A stretch of 64,000 bases of DNA from an uncultured virus (IMG/VR IMGVR_UViG_3300021598_001257) (taxonomy: Duplodnaviria > Heunggongvirae > Uroviricota > Caudoviricetes), in the IMG/VR virus record IMGVR_UViG_3300021598_001257; one strand, written 5' to 3'. A program made the position numbers and the translations under genes. Shown one piece after another: positions 45,401 through 51,824 of the stretch (the first letter of the stretch is position 1; every line of letters begins with the position of its first letter). The notes under the pieces are model-generated. The model was given only the letters and a program-made list of their open reading frames with translations. It was not told where the DNA came from and did no database searches.

Positions 45401-45839
45401 CAACTTTAGATTGCTCTAAATGCTCAGTTATATTTGTTGATGAAAAAATTAGATTTCCTGAATCATAAGATGAAACTCCACTAAATCCTCTGACACACTC
45501 TTCAAAAGTTGTATTAGTTTTTGACTTATATGTGATTATTTCGTCATCAATTTTTAAAAGTCCATACGAATCCGGAAATCCTTTGGTTGATACAACTTCG
45601 ATACTAGTATCAATCAGAGTGGTTTTTGATGTTGTAACGGTACTTGTTGTTAAATTAGTTAAATTATCAAGTTTTATATATTGATCTATATTATTAAGTA
45701 TGTCAAATGCCTCACCTTTATTTTCTTGTGAAAGGTAATATGTAGATAAAAACTCTTCAACCAGAGGAAATTCTTCCTTAATAAAATCTGGTAATTGATT
45801 TTCGATTACAGAACTAATTTTAACTCTTGTCTTTACCAT
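33471..45839 (-). CDS. Giant baseplate wedge initiator, gp7-like (4122 aa)
   Basis: DFYSSKGT--SFKILFKALY, HSPIIGWAYDGNPIYGPY and DSDYYQ-FSY motifs; between gp6 and gp8. Confidence 0.8.
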   Translation of the reverse strand: MVKTRVKISSVIENQLPDFIKEEFPLVEEFLSTYYLSQENKGEAFDILNNIDQYIKLDNLTNLTTSTVTTSKTTLIDTSIEVVSTKGFPDSYGLLKIDDEIITYKSKTNTTFEECVRGFSGVSSYDSGNLIFSSTNITEHLEQSKVVNLSSLLLGEFFNKVKSQFTPGFENRTLYSGLNENLFIKQAKDFYSSKGTDQSFKILFKALYGDEIKVIKPRDYLFIPSNSDYRVVKRLVVEVLENEEFVNDVLNRTIYQDETQTSQKAFGSINNIEKILRGEKEYYSISLDYTPDSETSEQGEFSIHPITKVTSQVSIGSSVIDVDSTIGFPDQGTLVAKLKNGSSLVITYKSKSLTQFYECSGISQTIPPKQDIRIDSYAYSYAGVGTSNIVKFRVTGVLSDLNINSNTKLFSENDIIKIDTLGEDETQFAANNWFFNIPINYDVESVSLVDISSFSYTFKTFEDNFLRIGDKIVIHLTNGPSINSSVISIINSKSFNVSGQGQIDASRVYSVEKILSKSKFKNFPNSKIYTSDVQNVYGDRKGTYLISASSLPNYFDLDLETTNGKNVFSGSYKQQEELEIGTHYFLTGNSVIYVPNSELIENNLFDADFNKELEERIYFVRKISSTKIKLARSRENLYKNSYIKVSGTAIDNVIIDSEFYNKDLQSQKLLKTIKEPQDTVEKYETKPGTTGILINGVEILNYKSKNNIFYGPIEKINVLSSENDYDIISPPVLSIEDSVGVGANGYCGIEGDLDSIQIINGGFNYLQPPTITISGGGGSGAKVESELISYEYKIPFDSTDFSGLVNLTNNTIGFSTFHNFQDSEAIVYKTKNQQAIGGLTTESTYYASILDDSTIKLHTTSDDAFAGINTVTLTSYGVGIHEFSSAIFKKKIGLVKVIDKGTGYKNRKISVFPTGIITSSNTVYAPEHGYKTGEIVVYNATEQEIVGLSSGKSYYVTEVDENSFKLSRVGTSSTIGIGSAVVGLSTNNDFYFATNQYENFKTTGSGKHTFNYEPITVNITGVIGVSTLTSHKLDATLQPIFKGEIKSVFIETGGFNYGSEDIINFNRQPNFTLKTGKNAQLFPIVSSGKISQVLVFNGGTEYNSPPSLEIVSDGKGSGAILTPIVSDGQIKEVKVIDGGTGFSTSITINVIPSGSGCNLQSVTKTWKINLVERDITLNSISDDDGIIIDSDNGLQYTHTYPPRSLRRIVGRGSNINSVESFIPDLILNSGQEILSNIHSPIIGWAYDGNPIYGPYGYSSNEGGPIKLLKSGYSLIEKSNRPNKSDYPLGFFCEDYEYTNSGDLDQFNGRFCITPEYPNGVYAYFSTINDSSIEFFDNLRNYRKPIFPYFIGNEFKSLPIEDNFSKKINQDTFDLNTGKYLRNTYPYKLKSSRSRYDFILDSNKIKPQNSSVKRIKRGEIDFIGINSSGIDYRVGDRIIFDNTLTGGGQGASYEVSLLKGKEINQVSSSTTSITNVEFIPSNFIERGLIVGFSENPHGLSDFDIINVTGINTFGSFLNGSYRVGVRTDILTLISSVDTPSSTGIVTYFDVGGAIFYPYLRENDILGIGSEKVKVLNIEPELTRIRVLREYDNSVGSAHTISSLIKQESRKFEFRVGIISSIYSPSYNRQIYFNPNDSIGLGTVAGVGIGYTLSFSNPGTGRTSLFIPTKTIFLPDHNLYTGDSLIYSNGGDTSISISTDGTSSFQLENNQVVYAAVVNDNLIGIATNPIGIGSNGNFVGINSEVTTSTLYFTGIGTGVLHSFKTNYNDIILGKIEKNLVTVSTSSTHGLETNNSISLTCLSKNTVTHIIKYNSYNKRLVANPKEFLSSDVDIATDTITILSHGYENGQKLIYTSNAPVGGLVDNEIYYAVVIDGNNIKLSKTFYDSKLSEPICIDLTSQSFGVLSAVNPKISVFRNQVVEFDLSDSSLSHLINSIPSSSFDFDFYTDSDFKNIFNTSKFTNSFEIKKSGRIGISTDAKVTLYVSDNIPKSLYYTLKPVSSNTNIENNIKIIADSVNILSNNHISVEESGFSGNNIISGITSTTFSFNIAKRPEVSSYLSSEAVLSYVTNSFTAKGPIDSFRALSRGSQYKSLPKIVSISSSEGKQAIISPYSDNIGKIVVSEIEDVGFDYSADKTIRPTVKLPQVLKVDTLLSFNFIGISSFGKNYTKSPDLIVIDSVRGEVIDDVDLRYNLEDKSITVVRDTAKLSDSYPIILPINNSNGIGINSITFNETTKDVTVSLATTYTSLSDYPFEVGDEVLIEGTNVGTASTLKGYNSSAYNYSLFKLTSVNPNLGGTSTVTYNLADKLSSNELPGIFDASTSYGNIVPKKFFPTFNMDLLYNNFFTNEEITSDSVKATIFDWNFSSKILKVYGNGNFKVGDIIKGSSSNTHGIIKSVDNYVGDYTIGASSIVKEGSKNETGFLNNNYQKIHDSDYYQFFSYSIKTKIDYNQWDDVVTSQNHTLGFKKFGDLIVESSTDSFSGISTEQDFGDFVGISDYSETIDFETVNDFDFAKEKTIKINSQVLSSELILKNVEASNYLQSVNNRVLAVDNISDQFNSEERSTVFSVTNTFKRNSNRSKKYIVNAYDRRFSGEKQTSLVTILHDDNFALLNQYAKVATVSDLGSFDISFIGDEANLLFYPNQYQTNDFNINFVSYDLIDSSLGISTLSFGDSVKIESVESTILPTTIGETEIVSISTSYSFAKILLQISSKTDNYYEYNEISLINNGNQFEFLEYGQFNNSAEAESSVGLGTYGISYSGSTLILSFTPNNDLNSEYITNALVFSLSDSVTSTDSIKLNTNLLKSSSVSIASTPSPQEKVVSSYDKRDFDSSYYIVCVSDRNNNRKQMSEVIVVSNTTDSHILEYGRIITDENLCQISSKITGDNVELCATPLANTSLEIRVFETTLGLGITNPGSSSPINLGAASLNVGSSIYNSTSSTVKRQFNLEYNRLPIFQREFEADNPNIVNLLDNTIKIPNHFFVTGEKVNYTYEGELSSPIGIAETSFVGVGATDKLSTELYIIKINDSTIKLASSAENALKEVPNPINILSVGVGSAHKLTSTNQNTKSLITLDNVIQSPVVSTAITASTTAQILISDDIIRLSGVSSIFAGDILKIDNEIVKIKTVGYGQTNSVLVNRAWMGTGISSHSQGTLATKLFGSYNIVNNTINFIDPPFGPTPFTSNKPNEVDWVGITTYSSFGGRIFLRSGFQGTSEEAYSTNYILDDISSGFNGIKTDFILKSNGNDVSGIVTSNGILLINQVFQTPQRLTFPNPIVGNYLLEESAGITTIKFNDGELNSTYDINSSNVPKGGIIVSVGSTKGFGYQPLVSAGGTPIISVGGTIQSISIGNSGSGYRAKSYYNIESFTNSNISIGSTLIYIENKNSIFKILEKLSNQSNFEIGIGTYITNANIVSIGSSFVTIGIGSTSQYQIPQETQVSIKVNNPSIGFVNVGIASSSSGISTVTHIGFATISNGSIVGPIEITNVGFGYTTSNLPTVIFDNPISYSNIPLVYSNASSLGFGTGATIDIVVGQGSSIIDFEIKNFGYGYGQGEILTVDTNNITGIPTSNQFSEFNITIEKTLSDTFSGWSFGDLKLFDSIDDLFNGSRRIFSLKVNNSIVSIKSKLGSPIDIQSCLLVFLNNVLQVPGNSYTFDGGSSISFSEPPKVGDICTILFYEGTSSVDVVPVTPIQKIKIGDSVQINDDTFNFLSQDSRTVTDILSVDSIRTNNYGGPGITENESLLRPMTLYRQREDIFVNGKEVTKDRIQIEPLIQPTTNIIQTVSLASTEIHVESVRTFFDSKKEYITGSEPQNKIIIVSQDNIISAAATAIISPVGIVSSILITEGGSGYDPQAVPDITIQNPIGFGSEFAPRVRTIVSAAGTVSSVNIDFVGSGYTTTKPPIVLIEPPSPVTEVIDNITYKGDFGTIVGYGQTMVGIQKYKIFDLYIPDDSTLRDQSIVGIAITISQIEVGDYFVIKDSVVSISTDSYPSYRNDGSLIGISTQFIDSIYQVSNIQILNSNIIGIGTTYIKRVFVKSDDSSSVGLSTIGLGSSTITFDSTYYTWDYFDTSSLTSYSTIYYGGEYTWGKLTDINRINPKQFNSYGINGITTSASVIRVNPLKYNNYS

Positions 45840-45840
45840 T

Positions 45841-47748
45841 TTATTTTCTTATGAGACTTCCGTTAGTGTAACTTGTAGATGGGGTGTATAAAGAAGCAGA
45901 ACTATCATATCCAGTTTCAATTTCATCCAACTTCATTTTTAAGTTTACCTTACTAATATCTAGTTGCAAATAAAGATCCTGTTTTCCAATAACATCATTT
46001 GAAAGAGGTATTGCAGAAATTTCAATTACTGGTTTTTGATTTACTTTTTTTGCAGTAGATAGTATGTTTATTGGTGATAAATTAATTTCTCCTTTGACAT
46101 AATCAATCGTACCAACAGATCTTTTTGCAATGATAGAATCTGTTCCATTTATAGTAGCAAAAAGAAAAATAGTACCAGTTTGATTGTCCGCATTTGGAAA
46201 ATCTCCAAGATAAACTAAATCTTGAATTCCCAAAACATTAAATCCCGAAGACTTAATGTTATATCCTTGTGGATTTTTTATGTAAAAACTATTACCAAAA
46301 CAAATTTCATACTCAGCTAACTGGTTTGTGAGAACATTCAAATCTCTTCTAATATTAATTAGAGTAATGTTTGAGGTTATTGACTGGTGACTATCATCTA
46401 TAATTTTTTGAAATTTACTGTATTTGAACTTGGCACCATACCTATTTAATTCTGTTGAATTTGCATATAAATTTATATTGTTTGATATAATAGAACTAAC
46501 AAAATTTGCATCGGGTGCTAAGTTTGCATTGTAATTTGCTGTAATATCTGCTTCAACATAAACGTATTTTAAATCTATAAATTCAACAACAATTCCAGCA
46601 ACACTATAATCGCGTAATTTCACCTTTAAATTATTTTTTATAGATTGTGGTACAAAAGTACCATTATATGGTTTTATGCTAATAAATATTTTTCCAAATT
46701 CTGGAGGGTCTAAGGTTTCTCCACCATACACTGATATTGATTGAGTTTCTGGATATAATCTTGGAACTATAACCTCATAATCAGATGCAGTAACAGCTCT
46801 ATTTTGCGATGCATAAAATCGAGATGCATATTTTTTAATTGAGTTTACTGATTCTATTTCTTGCCCACCACTAGATGCGGTGTTAGTGGTTATTAAAGAA
46901 ATTCCTGAAGTAACGGATAACCCAGAATTATCGAGTATTCTTCCATTAAATGTAAATGAAGATACCCCATTTGCAGATTCTGCATTAGTTATTATGCAAG
47001 AAACTTCAATATAATTTGAATTTTCTAATTTTTCGCCAAAAATTCCATCACCAAAAATTAGTTCATATCTCTCATCTTCAACTTCTTGAACAAAGAATAT
47101 TCTTGATGATGAAGAAACTGAAAATAAATTATTGGATTGGACAAATTTTCTTGAGACGGTGCTAGTTTGATTATTTCTTACTGATACTGATATTAAAGAT
47201 GTATCAACATTTGGGTTTGACAAGATAAATCTTTGATTTGCAATGTCGGCCGAAACCGTAAATGTATCTACTACATAATTCCCTTCATAAATTTCAATAT
47301 CTTCAAATAAAGCAATCCCATTTATCACAGGGACTGTAACATCATTTAAAATACAAAAAGAGTATCCTTGGTCTCCTATTGTTGGAGTAGTTGCAACTAC
47401 CCCTTTTTTTAAAGTTAATGTTAGAGGATTTGTGTTAAAATCCGTGGTATCTACGAAAAATGAAATATTAGCTCTAGAAGCAGTTCTTGACTTTGGCACA
47501 TAACCAACGTTTCTTGCAAGAGAAACAACATTTTCTCTTAATGTTGCACTATCAATAAAAACCTCATTGCTAAGCATGTTAGCATTATATGAGGATATGT
47601 ATGTATTATATGCTAAAGTATCAATTAATACTGATAAATTTGAACCCTCAAAATTATAATCAGTAAAATTTGAGTTCGATCTTAGATAATCTTTAATCGA
47701 AGTTTTTATCTGATCAAAATCTAAATTTGTAAAGTTTGCTAATGGCAT
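45841..47748 (-). CDS. gp6: Baseplate wedge protein gp6
   Basis: LDFDQIK, FTDYNFEGS-LS-L-D-LAYNT, FGDG-FG and QNRAVT--DY motifs. Confidence 0.93.
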   Translation of the reverse strand: MPLANFTNLDFDQIKTSIKDYLRSNSNFTDYNFEGSNLSVLIDTLAYNTYISSYNANMLSNEVFIDSATLRENVVSLARNVGYVPKSRTASRANISFFVDTTDFNTNPLTLTLKKGVVATTPTIGDQGYSFCILNDVTVPVINGIALFEDIEIYEGNYVVDTFTVSADIANQRFILSNPNVDTSLISVSVRNNQTSTVSRKFVQSNNLFSVSSSSRIFFVQEVEDERYELIFGDGIFGEKLENSNYIEVSCIITNAESANGVSSFTFNGRILDNSGLSVTSGISLITTNTASSGGQEIESVNSIKKYASRFYASQNRAVTASDYEVIVPRLYPETQSISVYGGETLDPPEFGKIFISIKPYNGTFVPQSIKNNLKVKLRDYSVAGIVVEFIDLKYVYVEADITANYNANLAPDANFVSSIISNNINLYANSTELNRYGAKFKYSKFQKIIDDSHQSITSNITLINIRRDLNVLTNQLAEYEICFGNSFYIKNPQGYNIKSSGFNVLGIQDLVYLGDFPNADNQTGTIFLFATINGTDSIIAKRSVGTIDYVKGEINLSPINILSTAKKVNQKPVIEISAIPLSNDVIGKQDLYLQLDISKVNLKMKLDEIETGYDSSASLYTPSTSYTNGSLIRK

Positions 47749-48149
47749 TATCGTGTAGGTTCTAGAGCGAACGTTAGTTGTTGTGATGGCACATCAATGC
47801 CTATAATGTTGTATATAATAGTGACATTGAATTCATTATTGTCATAATTGGGAACAATAATGGTATCGAGCAACTCAACTCTTGGTTCAAAGTTTACGAT
47901 AGTGTATTCAATTTCATCCTTCAATGCAATTGCAGTATTTTCATCAATATTTTCAAATAAAAATCTAGATACTCTGGAACCAAGATTTTGATTATAAATT
48001 CTCTCTCCATTTACTGTAAAAATCAAATTTCTTATGGAACGAGAAATCGCTGTTTCATTATTAAGTGCAATTAGATCATAATTCAATGGATTTGTAAGAA
48101 AAGACATACTCAAATCCTTAAAGCCTTGACTTGTCCTTTCTAAAGGCAT
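47748..48149 (-). CDS. gp25: Baseplate wedge subunit gp25
   Basis: AI-RSIRNL--T--GER and I--FEPRV motifs. Confidence 0.9.
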   Translation of the reverse strand: MPLERTSQGFKDLSMSFLTNPLNYDLIALNNETAISRSIRNLIFTVNGERIYNQNLGSRVSRFLFENIDENTAIALKDEIEYTIVNFEPRVELLDTIIVPNYDNNEFNVTIIYNIIGIDVPSQQLTFALEPTR

Positions 48150-48178
48150 AAGAATAAAAAATAAATCTATCTTATTTA

Positions 48179-48430
48179 TTAAGGTTTTACTTCATATACG
48201 GGTTCTGTACCATAACTCCAGTCATCATAATCTTCATCATTTCGTATTTTTGAGTGAATTTCATTTTGGTAGAAAAAATCATGCTTTTTGGGAGTTATTT
48301 CGTCGTTTGCAATCTCACGAAGCATTTTTTGCTTCTCTATTTTGGTCTCCCAACCATATTCACTAGCTAAAAATTGAGTTCCCCACTCATTTTTCATGAA
48401 ATTTTGGTCTTTATCAACTTTTTTAGTCAT
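48179..48430 (-). CDS. Hypothetical protein
   Basis: 83-aa ORF with AGGAG Shine-Dalgarno. Confidence 0.7.
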   Translation of the reverse strand: MTKKVDKDQNFMKNEWGTQFLASEYGWETKIEKQKMLREIANDEITPKKHDFFYQNEIHSKIRNDEDYDDWSYGTEPVYEVKP

Positions 48431-49106
48431 TTTTTGCTCCTGATTCGTTAAAATCAGAACTTTTTACGGGGTTGCTATCCCGAATTTTTGTAATTTCGTA
48501 CATAAAATCGTCTGAAGTTTCAATTTTGCGACGATTTTCGACTGAATATTCGGTTAAATCAATTTCGTATCCTGGATTTTTGGTAATTCTGTTCTTAGTC
48601 CATGCATCATCATACCATAAAATTTTATTATTTGGGTATGCATAAAAATTACCATCGTCCATCTTAAAAAAATGAGCGCATTTATGCTCTGGAGTCTCAC
48701 TAAAGTTAGTGTTCAGAGTTGATTTTGATTCCCATGACCAATCAAGAGTGAACATATACGTTCCTTCATTCTTTTCTCCTCTATAATTAATAAGTTCCGC
48801 ACGTAAGTTAGCAAGTCTTGAACGTACTTGAACATCAATATAAGGAGAAAAGCAATCCCACCACATACATTCTTCCAATTTTGGAACTGGTGCGTCTGGC
48901 TTCCAACAAAATGCATGAATAGGTCTTCGAGTCCAGTTCACCCCATTCTCTAAAAATGCCTCAAAGAGGGGTACGTGCTTCTCTAAGGACGCTACGGAAT
49001 GCATGTCGCATAAAGTTACCTCCCCATAACCTTTTTTATGATTATAAAGAAATTCATTACGAATGTAACAAGTAATTGTGGGAAGATTGTGATTTAAATA
49101 TGCCAT
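48423..49106 (-). CDS. Hypothetical protein (227 aa)
   Basis: Long ORF with W/C/H-rich motifs (PIHAF, WDCFS, EHKCAH, YPNN). Confidence 0.75.
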   Translation of the reverse strand: MAYLNHNLPTITCYIRNEFLYNHKKGYGEVTLCDMHSVASLEKHVPLFEAFLENGVNWTRRPIHAFCWKPDAPVPKLEECMWWDCFSPYIDVQVRSRLANLRAELINYRGEKNEGTYMFTLDWSWESKSTLNTNFSETPEHKCAHFFKMDDGNFYAYPNNKILWYDDAWTKNRITKNPGYEIDLTEYSVENRRKIETSDDFMYEITKIRDSNPVKSSDFNESGAKND

Positions 49107-49117
49107 AAATTTATAAT

Positions 49118-49142
49118 AAAAAAGCAGGAATTTCTTCCTGCT
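49118..49142 (-). terminator. Intrinsic terminator
   Basis: AGCAGGAA-GAAA-TTCCTGCT followed by TTTTT on the minus strand. Confidence 0.8.
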
Positions 49143-49151
49143 CTATCTATA

Positions 49152-49292
49152 TTATTTTCCTTGTCCGCGATACCTTTTCTTACGTCCATTACGAGAGGTT
49201 GCACTGAGTAGTGTACGAGAAGAACGACCTTGACGAGTCTTCTTCGGTGCTCCGGCTTCGAACACAGTCTTATTACTTCCACCTTTAGCCAT
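49152..49292 (-). CDS. Small very basic protein (46 aa); not in the ORF track
   Basis: Manual translation MAKGGSNKTVFEAGAPKKTRQGRSSRTLLSATSRNGRKKRYRGQGK; GGAGG Shine-Dalgarno. Confidence 0.75.
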   Translation of the reverse strand: MAKGGSNKTVFEAGAPKKTRQGRSSRTLLSATSRNGRKKRYRGQGK

Positions 49293-49440
49293 CGTTAATT
49301 TCCTCCAGTTCAATTAAATTAGGATCAACATCTTCATCCGAGTAAAAACGCTCAGATAAGTCTTGAATAACCTCAGTACATTCTTCTGCACTGAGGTCTG
49401 TATAAATTTTACGTCCTTTGTAAAGTACGTTGTATTTCAT
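49285..49440 (-). CDS. Small acidic hypothetical protein (51 aa)
   Basis: Manual translation MKYNVLYKGRKIYTDLSAEEC...; overlaps both neighbouring genes. Confidence 0.65.
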   Translation of the reverse strand: MKYNVLYKGRKIYTDLSAEECTEVIQDLSERFYSDEDVDPNLIELEEINDG

Positions 49441-50207
49441 TAGATTACGCGAGTTTTTTCGTGTCCAACTCTAATACGAGGATCGCACCAGATTTCAAAT
49501 CCCTCTTCCTTTGCATCAAGACAGAATGAAACATCTTCTCCACACATATCTTGAACTGCTCCAGATTCAAAGACTTGCATCTTAGGTGCAAACCAAGGAT
49601 ATTCTAGATTTTCAAAGACACCATTCTTAATCATAACCCATCCAAAACCTGTATAATCAACAGTGAATGGCTTACGACGCTTGCTGATAGATTCTACAGT
49701 TTCATGATTCATCACTCCACCATTCTTACGGAAATCATCTTCCTCTAACCAGTGTGCGACAGAAGTTGTGTGACCATCTTCAGTTGCATACCAACCAGCG
49801 ACAATTTCACGCTCTTCTCCTTCAGCAGGAAGAGCAACATCACAGAGTTGCCAGAATTTTTCAGTTGTAAAAACAATATCACTATCAATCCATAGTTGAT
49901 AATCATATTGTAGTTTTCCATCCCAAGGAATTTGCTTTGGTCCCCTTAGAACATTTGCTCCAAGTACCTTACAACGTGCAAAGTTTACCATTGATGAGTA
50001 ATCTTGAGAAATTTGAATACTCATTCCATTTTGTACTAAATCAAAGCAAAGTTGTACAAATGCTTTGAGAAAAATAAATGAACATCCTCGTCCAGGTAGA
50101 CAGAAGACAATTGATTTACCTTTCATTCGTTCTTTAATTGCATCATAATCCCATTCTTGTTCTTTGGGTTTAGGTGCAGTAGCTTTAACAGTGAATCCTT
50201 TTGCCAT
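49440..50207 (-). CDS. GT-A fold (family-2-like) glycosyltransferase
   Basis: DxD motif WIDSD, TGFG and GEDVSFC motifs, C-terminal GH-K. Confidence 0.7.
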   Translation of the reverse strand: MAKGFTVKATAPKPKEQEWDYDAIKERMKGKSIVFCLPGRGCSFIFLKAFVQLCFDLVQNGMSIQISQDYSSMVNFARCKVLGANVLRGPKQIPWDGKLQYDYQLWIDSDIVFTTEKFWQLCDVALPAEGEEREIVAGWYATEDGHTTSVAHWLEEDDFRKNGGVMNHETVESISKRRKPFTVDYTGFGWVMIKNGVFENLEYPWFAPKMQVFESGAVQDMCGEDVSFCLDAKEEGFEIWCDPRIRVGHEKTRVI

Positions 50208-50231
50208 AAGTTAAAATAACCTTCAACATCA

Positions 50232-50261
50232 ATTTTAACAGTCTATATATGCTTTTGTCAA
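50232..50261 (-). promoter_or_regulatory. Sigma70-type early promoter
   Basis: TTGACA-N18-TAAAAT with extended TG. Confidence 0.7.
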
Positions 50262-50266
50262 TTTAC

Positions 50267-50467
50267 CTAATGCGAAGAATTCAATACAACTTCTTTGCTC
50301 AGAACTAGCTCTTCATACTGCAAATCTTCCCTACAAATATTCATATCAAGAAACTCAACCATTCTGTGCAACATCTCCCAGGTCTCAGAAAATTTTTCCT
50401 CTGATAAACTGTGATAGATGCACCTGTCCTTTGCATATATGTGATATACCTTCTCTTCTTTTCTCAT
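50267..50467 (-). CDS. Hypothetical protein
   Basis: 66-aa ORF in the same orientation as its neighbours. Confidence 0.65.
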   Translation of the reverse strand: MRKEEKVYHIYAKDRCIYHSLSEEKFSETWEMLHRMVEFLDMNICREDLQYEELVLSKEVVLNSSH

Positions 50468-50487
50468 AAAAAAATTTTCCGGAATTT

Positions 50488-50634
50488 TTATTTAACCATC
50501 GCATTATATATCATTACTATCAGTACTCCAAGGGGCACTCCAATGATTCGGAATACCTTCCCCGGATACCGTATTAACCACCCCTCAAAGACAACCTTCC
50601 AAAAATTCCAATAGGGGGTTTTTTGTCTTCTCAT
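50488..50634 (-). CDS. Small membrane peptide (48 aa); not in the ORF track
   Basis: Manual translation MRRQKTPYWNFWKVVFEGWLIRYPGKVFRIIGVPLGVLIVMIYNAMVK. Confidence 0.55.
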   Translation of the reverse strand: MRRQKTPYWNFWKVVFEGWLIRYPGKVFRIIGVPLGVLIVMIYNAMVK

Positions 50635-50783
50635 ACCTTCCGGAAAATTTTTAAGAGATTGATATAGCTCGGTCGATTTGTCACCTCTGTAGGTTAGGGT
50701 AGTTTGGGTTTTTTATAACCGCAACGCCGCCGCGACGATATAAACGAACGGCGCAAAACACTGCCGAACCACTGTCATCACCA

Positions 50784-50823
50784 AGCATAACATAAGTGCC
50801 CCTCAGTGTCAACCAAGGGGCAC
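50784..50823 (-). promoter_or_regulatory. Sigma70-type promoter with a stem-loop around the -35 box
   Basis: GTGCCCCT...AGGGGCAC stem enclosing TTGACA, then N17-TATGCT. Confidence 0.65.
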
Positions 50824-50837
50824 ACAGTTAGACTATA

Positions 50838-51008
50838 TCAGAACGCGATTTCCTCCAGAGTAGGAATACCCAGAGCAGACTCAAGTTGCGGCGACTCGAT
50901 ATAATCAAAACCACTCACATTATCAGCAGTGAGTGCATCCAGAATGGACAGAATCTCGCTGCCAGTGTTACCTTGTGCCAGCAGAGAAAGAAGAACTTGC
51001 TTGGACAT
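50838..51008 (-). CDS. Hypothetical protein (start reassigned to MSKQVLL)
   Basis: Internal ATG after an A/C-rich leader; upstream in-frame part looks non-coding. Confidence 0.55.
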   Translation of the reverse strand: MSKQVLLSLLAQGNTGSEILSILDALTADNVSGFDYIESPQLESALGIPTLEEIAF

Positions 51009-51140
51009 AATAAAGAAGAAAAGTGTTGTGAACTGTGTGTTGGGTGAGAGTGTCCCTAGTCCTCTCATTGTAGCAGTTGTGCTACTTCCTGGAACGTGCC
51101 TAGTTTATACTCATGCGACAGGAGTGAGTGTTACTTAAGA

Positions 51141-51398
51141 CTAGAAATCAAACACGTCAGAGTTAATCTGAATCACGTTAACTTTCGGGTCCTTGAATGA
51201 TACTCCATCAGGCGTCTTTAGTGAGTTGAAAGAACACGCCTCTAGTGCATCTACGAAGTCTTCATAGTTACCTGCTTCCATCGCAAGGTGATACAAACCC
51301 TCATCATTGTTAATCCAGAGAGCAACATTCCAGGTCTCATAATTCTCCCAACCATTATACTCAGTGGAGAGAATGTTGCGTTGATAAGTGGTAGTCAT
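51141..51398 (-). CDS. Hypothetical protein
   Basis: YNGW-NYETWNVALWI-ND motif; downstream of repeat copy 1. Confidence 0.75.
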   Translation of the reverse strand: MTTTYQRNILSTEYNGWENYETWNVALWINNDEGLYHLAMEAGNYEDFVDALEACSFNSLKTPDGVSFKDPKVNVIQINSDVFDF

Positions 51399-51415
51399 CT
51401 GTGAGTGGTTGTCCT

Positions 51416-51446
51416 TACACTATGGGGACAATCTCAGGGGCCCAAT
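51416..51446 (-). repeat. Cassette-boundary repeat, copy 1 of 13
   Basis: tacactatggggacaatctcaggggcccaat. Confidence 0.95.
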
Positions 51447-51469
51447 AATACTCACTCAGTCGGTATGAG

Positions 51470-51643
51470 TTACCACTTATCAGGACGGCTGAGGTCTTCC
51501 ACATAAGCTGACACACGCTCAGCTGGTTCCAATTTGAATACTTTATCCCAGTCAAGTTGATGCGGGTCGAAGTCTTCGAAGACCTCAAGCTCTAGAGTGA
51601 CCCTATAACGCTGCTTCTGGGCTTGGCGATACGCAACCGACAT
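51470..51643 (-). CDS. Hypothetical protein (57 aa); not in the ORF track
   Basis: Manual translation MSVAYRQAQKQRYRVTLELEVFEDFDPHQLDWDKVF...; preceded by a sigma70 promoter. Confidence 0.7.
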   Translation of the reverse strand: MSVAYRQAQKQRYRVTLELEVFEDFDPHQLDWDKVFKLEPAERVSAYVEDLSRPDKW

Positions 51644-51672
51644 AAGTGTGCTCCGTGAGTGTTACTGTGGCT

Positions 51673-51701
51673 ACTATAAGATGCTGGGGGCAATGTGTCA
51701 A
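51673..51701 (-). promoter_or_regulatory. Sigma70-type early promoter
   Basis: TTGACA-N17-TATAGT. Confidence 0.8.
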
Positions 51702-51775
51702 GACCTTGGGTGTATTTATGAGGGGTGTTGATATTTTATGAGGGTGATTGTGGGGATTTGGAAACGTCGGGGTGC

Positions 51776-51804
51776 TTGACATTTTGGAGAGTGTGTGATA
51801 GCTT
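51776..51804 (+). promoter_or_regulatory. Divergent sigma70-type promoter on the + strand
   Basis: TTGACA-N17-TAGCTT with extended TG. Confidence 0.55.
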
Positions 51805-51824
51805 GCACGCAAAGATCACAAGAC

